Origin: Pseudomonadota bacterium
Lineage (GTDB): Bacteria > Campylobacterota > Campylobacteria > Campylobacterales > Sulfurospirillaceae
Assembly (NCBI GenBank): GCA_017860615.1
Contig: JAGDMU010000007.1
Location: 6,534 to 70,533, forward strand
Length of the DNA: 64,000 bases
Direction of reading: 5' to 3'
The translations under genes and the position numbers were made by a program. This document shows, piece by piece, positions 10,431 to 20,521 of the stretch. The notes beneath the pieces are model-generated. The model was given only the letters and a program-made list of their open reading frames with translations, was not told the origin of the DNA and ran no database searches. How positions within the stretch are numbered: the first letter of the stretch is position 1; each line of letters opens with the position of its first letter.

Positions 10431-11076
10431 AATCCTTCTTATAGAGAGTATTTAAGACTAAGCGCGTAAACATCGCTCCAACAAATTTTAAAACAACCAT
10501 TAAAACTAAAGGCATAATAATCGGCACCGTTAATGAAGCAAACAGCGCTGATCCAATCGCAAAGTAGTTATTGATAAGCCCAGCACCTGAGTACTGCCAT
10601 GCAGCCATGATGACAAGCTCTTTCTTGGTAATTTGCTTTTCATCGTACAACTCTTTGGTAAGTGCCGCACCTGCATCGGTACTTTGCAAATCTGTAATCA
10701 ATGCCAAACCCGTACGCCCTGGAATATCCAACAAAGGCCTTAAAAGAGGCGTTAACAATTTATGTGCCGCTCTAATTGCCCCATAATGGCTAAAGATTTC
10801 AAGCACACCTAATGCCAACATAACGGTAGGAATTAACGACAAAGCAAATAAAAATCCACCCTTAGCACTGGTTCCGCCAGAGCCAACAAACGTACTTTTA
10901 GCATCTTGCATGGTGCCAAATTTTCCTGCTAACGTTGTAAAATCAAGCGCACCAAGCCAAGCCATACCATCGACTTTCATAAAAAGACCAGAAAAAAACA
11001 GTACCGCAAATATTAGTGCGATATATGCACCAACACCTACTTTCCATTCATCTGAAGATTGATTTTCTACTCCCAC
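10417..11076 (-). CDS. YjiH-like membrane protein
   Basis: ALDFTTLAGKFG, DLQSTDAGA; hydrophobic; overlaps its partner gene. Confidence 0.8.
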   Translation of the reverse strand: MGVENQSSDEWKVGVGAYIALIFAVLFFSGLFMKVDGMAWLGALDFTTLAGKFGTMQDAKSTFVGSGGTSAKGGFLFALSLIPTVMLALGVLEIFSHYGAIRAAHKLLTPLLRPLLDIPGRTGLALITDLQSTDAGAALTKELYDEKQITKKELVIMAAWQYSGAGLINNYFAIGSALFASLTVPIIMPLVLMVVLKFVGAMFTRLVLNTLYKKDFVNA

Positions 11077-11353
11077 TTACACCCTCCAATTAATAAGATT
11101 TTATTTACATAAAATAATAATTAATATTATTAAATGCCATGAATTATATATTTTATCAAAAAGAAATGAGAAAAAAGTGAGGTCGATTGTATCATTTTTA
11201 TGCAAAATATTGACATGGTTAAAATCTTTATAAAGCGCTATAAAATCGAGAAAATAAGCAAAAAATAAGCAAAAATCAGACATTCTTTGAACGACTATTT
11301 TAGTCTTTACAACAATTAATCTTTATGAATTAAATAATACTAAAGGAATAAAA

Positions 11354-12460
11354 ATGTCAAGAGTGATCGAGCTATATGATTATTTGCATACCATCCCTGA
11401 ATTGGGTTTTGAAGAGCATAAAACAGCGGCTTTTTTAGCAGAAGAACTCAAAAAAGCGGGCTTTCATGTTACAACAAATGTTGGAAGCACAACAGGCGTT
11501 GTCGGCGTTTATGACAGTGGTGTAGCAGGTCCTACCATCGCTCTTCGTGCGGATATGGACGCACTAGGGCATATCATCGAGGGTAAGCTTTGTGCGATGC
11601 ACACTTGCGGGCATGATGCGCACTCGGCTATGGTCCTCACTGCTGCTGAAGAGATGGTAAAAACAGGAGCCATTACAAAAGGAAAGCTCACAATCATTTT
11701 TCAACCTGCTGAAGAGATAGGCACGGGGGCTCTTGCTATGATCACAGGTGGGGCAATTGATGATGTCGATATGATTTTAGGGGTGCATTTACGTCCTATT
11801 GAGGAGACAACGATGGGAAAGGCAACGCCTGCACTCTATCACTCAGCTTCTGAGAGACTCAAAGCAGTTTTTCATGGTGTTTCAGCCCATGGCGCACGCC
11901 CACATTTGGGCATTAACGCCATTGATGCGGCTGTTGCGGCGATTACTGCGGTCAATGCACTTCATCTCAATCCCACAGAAACGTACAGCATTAAAGCGAC
12001 CCAAATGATTGCAGATGCTGGTGTTACCAATGCCATTCCAAACGAGGCAACCGTCATTTGGGATGTTCGCTCCGAATTTAACCCCACTATGGAAAAACTA
12101 CTCGAAAAAGCAAAAGCCGCTATTATTGCAGGTGCTGCAACCATTGGTGCGACTGTGGATGTTACGAATTATTTTGGTATTCCTGCGGCAGAATACTCCG
12201 ATGAAGCCATCGAGGTCTTACGCGAAGCCATCATCGATGTTTATGGAGAAGAAGGGCTTTATCCACCAATTAAAACCGCGGGAGGAGAAGATTTTCATTA
12301 TTTTATCAAGGAAAAACCTTCTATTAAAGCAGGGTATTTTGGCTTAGGCTGTGACCTTACCCCTGGACTACATAATCCTTCGATGGCATTCAATAAAGAA
12401 GCCTTAGAGCAAGGCAAAAATATTTTAATCGCCGCAACCAAAAGAGCACTCAATCGTTAA
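11354..12460 (+). CDS. M20D-family amidohydrolase
   Basis: PELGFEE, LRADMDAL, HTCGHDAH, FQPAEE, GGEDF, LHNP. Confidence 0.92.
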   Translation: MSRVIELYDYLHTIPELGFEEHKTAAFLAEELKKAGFHVTTNVGSTTGVVGVYDSGVAGPTIALRADMDALGHIIEGKLCAMHTCGHDAHSAMVLTAAEEMVKTGAITKGKLTIIFQPAEEIGTGALAMITGGAIDDVDMILGVHLRPIEETTMGKATPALYHSASERLKAVFHGVSAHGARPHLGINAIDAAVAAITAVNALHLNPTETYSIKATQMIADAGVTNAIPNEATVIWDVRSEFNPTMEKLLEKAKAAIIAGAATIGATVDVTNYFGIPAAEYSDEAIEVLREAIIDVYGEEGLYPPIKTAGGEDFHYFIKEKPSIKAGYFGLGCDLTPGLHNPSMAFNKEALEQGKNILIAATKRALNR

Positions 12461-12470
12461 ATACGCACTA

Positions 12471-12499
12471 AACAGAAGCCGATACTCTCGGCTTCTGTT
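12471..12499. terminator. Bidirectional terminator between convergent genes
   Basis: aacagaagccga-tactc-tcggcttctgtt perfect 12-bp stem. Confidence 0.8.
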
Positions 12500-12510
12500 G
12501 CGCTTTTATT

Positions 12511-13656
12511 TTAATTCCGTCTTTTGTACTCTTCATAACCAAAATGGCTGGTCACTTCATAGCTTCCATCACGGTGTAAGACTGCTAAATCGGGTAACTT
12601 AACGCCATTGAAGGTTGTATTTTTCACGATGGTATAGTGAATCATATCCTCAAAAATGAGTTTATCGCCAATCTTTAGGGGTTCATCAAAACTGTAATCA
12701 CCCATGATGTCACCTGCTAAGCACGTTGGTCCTCCCAAACGGTACAAGTGTGGTTTTTCACCTATATCCCCAGCTCCTCGGATAGCGGCACGATACGGCA
12801 TCGCTAGGGTGTCAGGCATATGCGCTTCAGCGGAGATGTCTAAAATGGCAATGTCCATGCCATTATGCACGATGTCAAGCACACTCGCAACCAATGGTCC
12901 TGTTTGCCAGCCCACCGCTTCACCTGGTTCTAAATAGACTTTAATGCCATCATAGCGCGCTCTAAAATCGTTAATAATTTTGATGAGCTTCTCCACATCA
13001 TACCCATCACGCGTGATGTGATGCCCTCCTCCAAAATTAACCCATTTCATACGAGGGATCAAATCTCCAAAGCGTTTCTCAAACCCTTTTAAGACCTCTT
13101 CCAAAGCATTGGCATCTTGTTCACAAAGCGCATGAAAGTGGAGCCCTTCAATCCCTTTTAGTTGATCGTATTGCATATTTTCTTTCGTGATACCAAGACG
13201 ACTGTACATTCCACAAGGGTTGTAAAGATCGACAGGGCTAGATGACACCTCAGGGTTGAGGCGCAAACCACAACTTGTTTTTCCTATCGCTTTGCTTTTG
13301 TATTTTTCCCATTGATTGAACGAGTTAAAAATAAGGTGATCGCTTAATGCTATCACTTCATCAATATCTTCTTCTTTATACGCAGGCGAGTAGGTGTGAA
13401 TTGTGCCTTTAAAATATTCATTAGCAAATTTAGCTTCGTGCAGTCCGCTACACGTACAGCCACTTAAGTACTTATCGACCAGTGGAGCAAGGGCTTTAAA
13501 CGCAAAGCCTTTAAGGGCTAGTAAGATCGTTGCACCTGAGCGTTCACTGACCTCTTTTAAGAGACTTAGATTTTGTTCCAAAAGAATCTCTTCACACACA
13601 TACGCTGGTGTTTGAATATCGTCTATTACAGTTTCAATACGGCTGATTTTTAACAT
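12511..13656 (-). CDS. nspC: Carboxy(nor)spermidine decarboxylase
   Basis: LLALKGF (PLP Lys), GLHFHALCEQ, NFGGGHH, EPGEA, HMPD, TTFNG. Confidence 0.93.
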   Translation of the reverse strand: MLKISRIETVIDDIQTPAYVCEEILLEQNLSLLKEVSERSGATILLALKGFAFKALAPLVDKYLSGCTCSGLHEAKFANEYFKGTIHTYSPAYKEEDIDEVIALSDHLIFNSFNQWEKYKSKAIGKTSCGLRLNPEVSSSPVDLYNPCGMYSRLGITKENMQYDQLKGIEGLHFHALCEQDANALEEVLKGFEKRFGDLIPRMKWVNFGGGHHITRDGYDVEKLIKIINDFRARYDGIKVYLEPGEAVGWQTGPLVASVLDIVHNGMDIAILDISAEAHMPDTLAMPYRAAIRGAGDIGEKPHLYRLGGPTCLAGDIMGDYSFDEPLKIGDKLIFEDMIHYTIVKNTTFNGVKLPDLAVLHRDGSYEVTSHFGYEEYKRRN

Positions 13657-13786
13657 GTTTTTCTCCCAAAATTACACATGAAATGTAGCATTTTTCCTCT
13701 TAATAAACTTAATACTCTTGTTGCATTAAAGAATTCGTCAAAAGTTACGATAGTATTAGGAATTAGAGCAAAAATAAGGAGAATAT

Positions 13787-15925
13787 ATGCAAGCTTTGAG
13801 TATTAAAATTAAAGCTTTGATTGTCTTTATGGTATCCATTTTTTTTGTGGCATCCATCTCTTTGGTGGTAGTCATTTACAAATCACACCAACTCGGGCAA
13901 ACGCAAACCAAAGATGAGGGAGAGCTCATTTTAGAGATCAATAAAAATGAACTCAAAGCCTTTACAACCATGGCGGAAAAGGCAATTGGATCGTTCTATG
14001 AAGCCTCTTCTTCCGAAGCCAACATTGCACAAAAAATCAAAGCAGATGCAATGATTCTCAAAAAAACATTGGACGACATCTACGCCAACAGCAAAGATAA
14101 ACTCTCGAAAGATGAACTGCGCACCATGCTTTTAGCGCTGATTAATGGCTATCGCTATAACAACGATGTAGGGTATTTTTATGCCTATAACATGGAGGGT
14201 GTCAACGTTGTGCATCCTATCAACAAAGCTCTTGTCGGTAAAAATTTGATTGATATGAAAGATAAAGAAGGGAATTTCGTTATTAAAGATATCCTCAAAG
14301 CTGCCAAAGAGGGTATAGGGGTAACCAAGTTCATTTGGCCCCATCCTATTACAAAACAAGATGAGCCCAAACTCTCGTATAACTTTTACTATGAACCTTT
14401 GGATATTGTTATCGGTACAGGCGATTATGCCTCTAGCATCAAAGAGCATTTTCAAAATGAAGCGATTAAAATTCTCAATACCCTACGCTACACGGATGAC
14501 AACGAAGGCTACTTCTTTGGTTTCAAAAAAGGAAATGCGAACAACTATGTGTACGCTTTTCATGCCACAAAGCAAGATCGTCAAGGACAAGGAATTAAAC
14601 TTGACAGCACCGATTCGCAAGGAAAACCATTTCGTAAAGAGCTGATTGAGGGTGCATTAAAAAATCCTAAAGAGGGGGTTTTTGTTATCTACAATTCAGA
14701 ACACCCCATTACGAAAAAAGATGCTCCAAAACTTGCCTACGCCAAATACTTTAAAGAGTGGGATTGGACGATTGTTTCAGGGATTTATATCGATACTATT
14801 GAAGAGCACACCGCCAAACAAGGTGCAAAAATAACTGCCAATATCAATAATATGCTTTTTGAAACGGTTACAACTGGACTCATTGTTGCCCTCATCGCGA
14901 TTATTGCAATCTATTTTCTCATTACCAATCTTATTGCAACGCCGCTTTTAAACTTGCAAGCCACCGCACGTAATTTAGCAGAGGGAGATGGCGATCTCAC
15001 CAAAGCGCTAGAGATCAAAAACAAAGATGAAATCGGTGGAGCATCCAAAGAGATCAATAACTTCATTGAAAAAGTACGCGCAACAATAGCCCTTGCCAAA
15101 GAGACCAGTAGCGAAAATGCCTCCATTGCGCATGAGCTTTCAACCACAACATTGCAAGTAGGCAAACGCGTGGAGGATTCAACCAATATCATCCATCAAA
15201 CCACGCAAATGTCCAATGCGATCCAACAAGAAATAAGCACTTCGGTCACAAAAGCCAAAGAGTCTAAAGAAGAGATCATTAAAGCCAATCAAGAGCTTAG
15301 AAGTGCGCGAGGATTTGTTCAACAGCTTGGAGAACGCGTTCAAAACAGTGCGCATACAGAGCTTGAACTCGCCCATAAAATTCAACAACTGAGTTCCGAT
15401 GCCGACCAAGTGAAAAATGTCCTCACGGTCATCAGCGATATTGCCGATCAAACCAACCTTTTAGCACTCAATGCTGCCATCGAAGCCGCACGAGCAGGTG
15501 AACATGGACGAGGATTTGCCGTGGTTGCCGATGAAGTACGTACCTTGGCGGAACGCACACAAAAAAGTTTGGTAGAGATCAATGCCACCATTAATGTCAT
15601 CGTTCAAGCCATTGTAGATAGTAGTGAGCAGATGAACAGAAACTCTAAAGAGGTGCAAGAGCTCTCATTGATTGCTGAAGATGTTGGCAAAAAAATCAAT
15701 GCTACCGTTGATATGATGGACTTTGCAACCAATCTTAACGATAAAACCGTTACCGACTACATCAACACAGGTTCTAAAATCGAAGAGATCGTGAGTAAAA
15801 TTGAAGAGATCAACACGCTTTCAACCCAAAATACCAGAAGTGTTGAAGAGATCGCAGGAGCAAGCGAGCACCTTAATTCACTCACCGAAAAACTTAACGC
15901 GATTCTTAACAAATTTAGAACATGA
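13787..15925 (+). CDS. Methyl-accepting chemotaxis protein with tandem Cache domains
   Basis: Two TM segments; two Cache-like repeats (GYFYAY...HP, GYFFGF...H); HAMP; signalling motif [31 protein letters not shown]. Confidence 0.95.
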   Translation: MQALSIKIKALIVFMVSIFFVASISLVVVIYKSHQLGQTQTKDEGELILEINKNELKAFTTMAEKAIGSFYEASSSEANIAQKIKADAMILKKTLDDIYANSKDKLSKDELRTMLLALINGYRYNNDVGYFYAYNMEGVNVVHPINKALVGKNLIDMKDKEGNFVIKDILKAAKEGIGVTKFIWPHPITKQDEPKLSYNFYYEPLDIVIGTGDYASSIKEHFQNEAIKILNTLRYTDDNEGYFFGFKKGNANNYVYAFHATKQDRQGQGIKLDSTDSQGKPFRKELIEGALKNPKEGVFVIYNSEHPITKKDAPKLAYAKYFKEWDWTIVSGIYIDTIEEHTAKQGAKITANINNMLFETVTTGLIVALIAIIAIYFLITNLIATPLLNLQATARNLAEGDGDLTKALEIKNKDEIGGASKEINNFIEKVRATIALAKETSSENASIAHELSTTTLQVGKRVEDSTNIIHQTTQMSNAIQQEISTSVTKAKESKEEIIKANQELRSARGFVQQLGERVQNSAHTELELAHKIQQLSSDADQVKNVLTVISDIADQTNLLALNAAIEAARAGEHGRGFAVVADEVRTLAERTQKSLVEINATINVIVQAIVDSSEQMNRNSKEVQELSLIAEDVGKKINATVDMMDFATNLNDKTVTDYINTGSKIEEIVSKIEEINTLSTQNTRSVEEIAGASEHLNSLTEKLNAILNKFRT

Positions 15926-15955
15926 GAGAAAGCCCTATTTTAGGGCTTTCTCTCA
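15923..15955. terminator. Bidirectional terminator overlapping both stop codons
   Basis: tgagagaaagcccta-ttt-tagggctttctctca. Confidence 0.8.
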
Positions 15956-16777
15956 ATCCCCTGCTTTTCGTGCTATTGTATCCATCCATGAGGTTGGAAG
16001 CAGACGTTTAAGCCATACAAAGAGTTTCGTTGGAAACGTTACAGGGTAGCGAAACTTCGGTTTTTTGGCTTCAATCGCTTGGACTAAAACTTCCAAGACT
16101 GCCTCAGCACCCAGCGTAAAAGCGCCATCACCACTTTTTTGAAGACGCTCCAGTGTTTTTTCATAAATTTCTTTGTGCGCTGAACGCTCTTGATCGATAT
16201 TGGCTAAAAATTTTGCCAGTGCATTTTTGCGAAAAGCACTGCGAATAGGACCAGGCTCGATGAGAATAACCTCAACACCACTTCCATAAAGTTCCAAACG
16301 CAGCGTATCGGCTAAACCCTCGATGGCAAATTTAGAAGCGTTGTATGCCCCTCGATAACTCATCGCAACAAAGCCTAAAATAGAGCTATTGTAGATGATG
16401 CGTCCATGCCCTTGTTTTCGCATATACGGGAGCACCAAATTGGTAAGCTCTTGCGTTCCAAAGACATTCGTCTCAAACTGTTCTCTAAGAACATTTCGTT
16501 TGAGATCTTCCACAGCTCCTGGTTGTCCATAAGCGCCATTGTTAAAAAGCACATCAATGCGTCCGCCCGTTTGAAAAAGCATCCACGCAAGTGCTACATG
16601 CAAACTACCAGAATCACACAAATCAAGTTTAAAGGCATTGAGCCCTTCATCTTGAAGGCGTTTAACGTCCTCATCCTTGCGACACGTTGCAAAAACGCTG
16701 TAACCAAGCTTGTGTAAACCATGCGCACATGTGTAACCAATGCCCGTTGAACAGCCCGTAATTAAGATATGTTTCAT
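15953..16777 (-). CDS. Short-chain dehydrogenase/reductase
   Basis: TGCSTGIG, NNGAYG, YNASK catalytic motif. Confidence 0.93.
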   Translation of the reverse strand: MKHILITGCSTGIGYTCAHGLHKLGYSVFATCRKDEDVKRLQDEGLNAFKLDLCDSGSLHVALAWMLFQTGGRIDVLFNNGAYGQPGAVEDLKRNVLREQFETNVFGTQELTNLVLPYMRKQGHGRIIYNSSILGFVAMSYRGAYNASKFAIEGLADTLRLELYGSGVEVILIEPGPIRSAFRKNALAKFLANIDQERSAHKEIYEKTLERLQKSGDGAFTLGAEAVLEVLVQAIEAKKPKFRYPVTFPTKLFVWLKRLLPTSWMDTIARKAGD

Positions 16778-17112
16778 ACGCTAATGACAGTCTCGCCTGA
16801 ATTAATCCAACTGCTTAAAAGTTCACCCGTGTAATGAACATCAATGTTGCACGCTTGAAGGCTCTGTGTGACATCCATACTATCGGCACATTTCAAACAC
16901 GCAACGACTTTGACACCATCGGTTATCATCATCTCGACTTTGGCACGTACTTCCAAATCTTCCGCGATTAAACGTTGTGAAGCGCCCCAAACGAGAACTT
17001 CTACCTCATCCATCCAACCTTTTAGGAGTGCGTTATGCGCATAGAGACAAACCATATGCAAAGAGGTTTCCTTGTTGTCTGTGGTCCATAAAATTTTTGC
17101 TTTTTTTAACAT
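16774..17112 (-). CDS. DsrE-family protein
   Basis: VLVWGAS ... VVACLKCAD pattern, 112 aa. Confidence 0.7.
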   Translation of the reverse strand: MLKKAKILWTTDNKETSLHMVCLYAHNALLKGWMDEVEVLVWGASQRLIAEDLEVRAKVEMMITDGVKVVACLKCADSMDVTQSLQACNIDVHYTGELLSSWINSGETVISV

Positions 17113-17142
17113 GATAGTCCTTTACGTGTAAAGAAGGAGAGG

Positions 17143-17170
17143 CTCAAAGCTTGATATACCAAGCTTTGAG
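17143..17170. terminator. Hairpin after the carboxyspermidine dehydrogenase gene
   Basis: ctcaaagcttg-atatac-caagctttgag. Confidence 0.55.
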
Positions 17171-17180
17171 TCGAGTGGAG

Positions 17181-18356
17181 TTATTTAACTTCGAAAGTCT
17201 CTTCAGGTTTCATTTCGATGATTTTCCAAGGAAGTCCTTGGGTGTTGAGCTCATCCATAAAAGGTTTAGCATCGAACTGTTCCATATTGAAAACACCCTT
17301 GCCAGACCATTTGCCTTCTAACATCATCTTAGCACCAATCATTGCAGGAACACCTGTGGTATAGCTGACTGCTTGAGCGCCCGTCTCACGGAAGCACTCT
17401 TGGTGATCGCAAACGTTGTAGATGTACACTTTGCGTTTTTTGCCATCTTTCAGACCTTCAAACACACAACCGATGTTGGTAAAGCCAACGGTTCTTGGTC
17501 CCAAACTTGCAGGGTCTGGAAGAAGCGCTTTTAAGAGTTGAATCGGCACGATTTTCACGCCATCTACTTCAACCTCATCAATGCGAAGCATACCGACGTT
17601 TTCCAAACATTTCATATGCGTAAGGTAACTTTGACCAAAGGTCATAAAGAAGCGAATACGTTTAAGCCCTTTGATGTTTTGAACCAAAGACTCTAACTCT
17701 TCATGGTAAAGCAAATAACTGTCTTTTGGACCCACTTCTGGGTAATCCCACACCATTTTTACGTAACGCCCTTTGGAGCTTACTTCTCTAAGGTTGATCT
17801 CTGGGTTAAAATTTGTTGCAAACGCGTAACCGTGATCGCCCGCATTACAGTCTAAAATGTCAATGGTGTTGATCTCATCAAAGAGGTATTGTTGGGCATA
17901 CGCACAAAAAACGTTTGTAACACCTGGGTCAAATCCGCTACCCAAAAGCGCCATGATGCCAGCATCTTTAAAGGCTTTATCTCTTGCCCATTGCTCTTTG
18001 TACTCAAATTTTGCGAGGTCTGGATGCTCGTAGTTTGCGGTGTCTAGGTAAGGAACTTTCGTTTTAACACATGCATCCATGATGGTTAAGTCTTGGTATG
18101 GCAGTGCGATGTTAAGCACAAGTGCGGGTTTTACTTTTTCAATGAGTGCAACCAGTGCGTTCACATCATCCGCATCGATCGCTGCTGTGTCGATGGTAAT
18201 TCCTAAAGACTCTTTAATTTCTGCTGCGATTTGATCGCATTTTGATTTGGTTCTACTTGCTAAAACAATGTGTGAAAACACTTCTTTGTTCATTGCACAT
18301 TTTTTGGTGACCACACGGCTCACTCCACCCGCACCAATAATTAATACTGTTGCCAT
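17181..18356 (-). CDS. Carboxy(nor)spermidine synthase/dehydrogenase (saccharopine dehydrogenase family)
   Basis: IIGAGGV, ALPYQD, YLDTANYE, GFDPG, NFNPEINLRE, YHEELESL; ATG 18356 with an AAGGA RBS; nspC nearby. Confidence 0.9.
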   Translation of the reverse strand: MATVLIIGAGGVSRVVTKKCAMNKEVFSHIVLASRTKSKCDQIAAEIKESLGITIDTAAIDADDVNALVALIEKVKPALVLNIALPYQDLTIMDACVKTKVPYLDTANYEHPDLAKFEYKEQWARDKAFKDAGIMALLGSGFDPGVTNVFCAYAQQYLFDEINTIDILDCNAGDHGYAFATNFNPEINLREVSSKGRYVKMVWDYPEVGPKDSYLLYHEELESLVQNIKGLKRIRFFMTFGQSYLTHMKCLENVGMLRIDEVEVDGVKIVPIQLLKALLPDPASLGPRTVGFTNIGCVFEGLKDGKKRKVYIYNVCDHQECFRETGAQAVSYTTGVPAMIGAKMMLEGKWSGKGVFNMEQFDAKPFMDELNTQGLPWKIIEMKPEETFEVK

Positions 18357-18460
18357 TTCTATCCTTTGAGGTTTCATTATGAGGCTTCTTTAATAAGAGC
18401 TATACTTCATAGCCATTATCAAAAAAGCCTAGTCTATTTTACGTTTTTTTTATTACTTCT

Positions 18461-19051
18461 TTATTTCAAACTATTGAGCACAATGTGCGCAAGCTCTAAG
18501 GCACGCGCTCGGTGCGAAAAGGCTTTTTTCACACTCTCATCAAGTTCACCCAATGTTTGAGTATAACCACACGGTATAAACATTGGGTCATATCCAAAGC
18601 CGTTGTTTCCACGAGCTTCAGCTATGGCTTCACCGTGCATCCAGCCATGCACACAAAACTCACCTTTAGCACAGACAAGGGCAATGGCTGCGGTGTAAAA
18701 TGCTGGCGTACTCTGTACACCCTTCTCTTTCAAAGCGGCAATAAGTTTGTTCAAATTATCTTTGGCATTGGCATTTACCCCTGCATAACGCGCACTGTAA
18801 ATACCTGGCGCTCCGCCTAAAAGAGGCACGCTAATACCGCTATCATCGCTTAAAACGATATCGTTTTTAGTGTCCAATTTTTCATACACAGCACGCGCTT
18901 TAATCAGAGCATTCTCTTTAAACGTTGTACCCGTCTCATCAATCTCAAAAGGCTCCATAATGTCACTGTAAGCGACCACTTCATACTCTTTGATCCATGA
19001 CTGGAACTCTTTGACCTTACCTTGATTGGACGTGGCTAGAACTATTCTCAA
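18461..19051 (-). CDS. rdgB: Non-canonical purine NTP pyrophosphatase (RdgB/HAM1)
   Basis: LATSNQGK, ENALIKA, DDSG, GFGYDPMF, SHRARA; TTG start at 19051 behind GGAG. Confidence 0.92.
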   Translation of the reverse strand: MRIVLATSNQGKVKEFQSWIKEYEVVAYSDIMEPFEIDETGTTFKENALIKARAVYEKLDTKNDIVLSDDSGISVPLLGGAPGIYSARYAGVNANAKDNLNKLIAALKEKGVQSTPAFYTAAIALVCAKGEFCVHGWMHGEAIAEARGNNGFGYDPMFIPCGYTQTLGELDESVKKAFSHRARALELAHIVLNSLK

Positions 19052-19100
19052 ACGCTGCTCCAAATGCTCGTAATTAATCTTTATTGTACCGATTTTTTGT

Positions 19101-20180
19101 TTAAAACTTAGGCTCCATAATCCACACTTCAAGCGGTGCTTTAAGCTCACCTGCTATCCACTGTGCCCTCTGCCCATACCCCATAAACATATCAGCCCTA
19201 TTCGGTCCTTTGATCGCGCCACCTGTGTCTTGGGCAAACACAAATTTTTCCACTTTATAGTTAGCTGATTCACTCTTCACCGCTATCAGTGAGCCAAGAG
19301 GAATGTAACTTCTATCGACCGCAACAGAGCGCTCAGGTGTTAAAACAAGCCCCAAACTTCCCGTGGCTTTTTGCTCCATTTTCCTGAAAAAAACGTAGCT
19401 TGGGTTGGTATTGAGTAGCGTGTCGATTTGGTTTGGATGTGCCACTAACCAAGCACGAATGCTTTGCAAAGAGACCTCTTCAACACTGGCAAAAATCCCA
19501 CGGTTGATCATCTCGCGCCCTAAGGATTTGTAAGCGTGTCCATTGGAATCTGCATAGCCGATAAACAGGACTCTACCATCACTAAGCTCTACGCGTCCTG
19601 AGCCTTGAACTTCCATAAAGAAAAGGTCAATCTTATCGTCCACATAACAGAGGATTTCGGCATTTAGCTTACGCTTATTGATCTCTTCACGTGTAAAGTA
19701 AGGAACCATCTTACCCTTCACGGAGCGTCCACGCATCTTTTTGTCATTCTCGCCTACAATCATCACAAGATCTTTTGGCTTGCCGTAAACAGGGTATTTG
19801 AACCGTTCTGTTTTTTTCAAACTCCCATGCAAGAGTGGCTCATAATAGCCCGTGAGCATTGAACGCTGATCGTTTGGCTCAACCTTTCTAAGCTCAAATG
19901 AATTTTGAAAAAAAGCTTTGGCATCTTTGACATGTAAAGCTTGTTCACACACATTGGCATAGACTTTTTTGGTTTGAGGAGCAGTGCAATTATGGCGAAA
20001 AAGATAGAGGAGCTCATCAAAGTTCTCATTTTGACTGAGCTTTTCAAAGCGTTCATTGTGCTCTTTAAGAGCACTGACTAAGGCTTCATCTTGAAGCGTT
20101 GGAGAGGTTGTTTTAAAACTACAACCACTCACCAAGACCATTATACATACACAAAAATAGAGACTCTGTCGCATTACCAT
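19101..20180 (-). CDS. mltA: Membrane-bound lytic murein transglycosylase A
   Basis: Lipobox VSGC, TGYYEP, FFMEVQGSG, NPSYVFF, QDTGGAIKG. Confidence 0.92.
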   Translation of the reverse strand: MVMRQSLYFCVCIMVLVSGCSFKTTSPTLQDEALVSALKEHNERFEKLSQNENFDELLYLFRHNCTAPQTKKVYANVCEQALHVKDAKAFFQNSFELRKVEPNDQRSMLTGYYEPLLHGSLKKTERFKYPVYGKPKDLVMIVGENDKKMRGRSVKGKMVPYFTREEINKRKLNAEILCYVDDKIDLFFMEVQGSGRVELSDGRVLFIGYADSNGHAYKSLGREMINRGIFASVEEVSLQSIRAWLVAHPNQIDTLLNTNPSYVFFRKMEQKATGSLGLVLTPERSVAVDRSYIPLGSLIAVKSESANYKVEKFVFAQDTGGAIKGPNRADMFMGYGQRAQWIAGELKAPLEVWIMEPKF

Positions 20181-20214
20181 CCATTAAGAAGAGACACAAA
20201 GGTGTCTCACATTT

Positions 20215-20379
20215 TTAAACTGCTTTTTTAAGCGTCGCTAACTCCGCTTTAATCGCATCAAACTCAGCATAGATTTTATTGTGCTCCATCACGATCCAGT
20301 GGTTTAACCCCACATAATACAGAGACACAAAATACGCAACCACACACCCCGCAAAACCCAAAACATGTGTAATTTCCAT
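20215..20379 (-). CDS. Small 54-aa membrane protein with a coiled-coil tail (absent from the ORF track)
   Basis: Hand translation MEITHVLGFAGCVVAYFVSLYYVGLNHWIVMEHNKIYAEFDAIKAELATLKKAV; AAAGGA RBS; followed by the gagacac/gtgtctc hairpin at 20191-20208. Confidence 0.7.
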   Translation of the reverse strand: MEITHVLGFAGCVVAYFVSLYYVGLNHWIVMEHNKIYAEFDAIKAELATLKKAV

Positions 20380-20521
20380 GGTCTATCCTTTCGTCTTATT
20401 TGAGAAGGATTATAACATAAAACAACCTTGTGCAAAGCGAAGCTAAAAAGAATTCATAGAATTTTCAAAGTTTAACAAAGGTAGAATTTGTCCTAATTAA
20501 ATTTCGAGGAATGTTCTTTCC

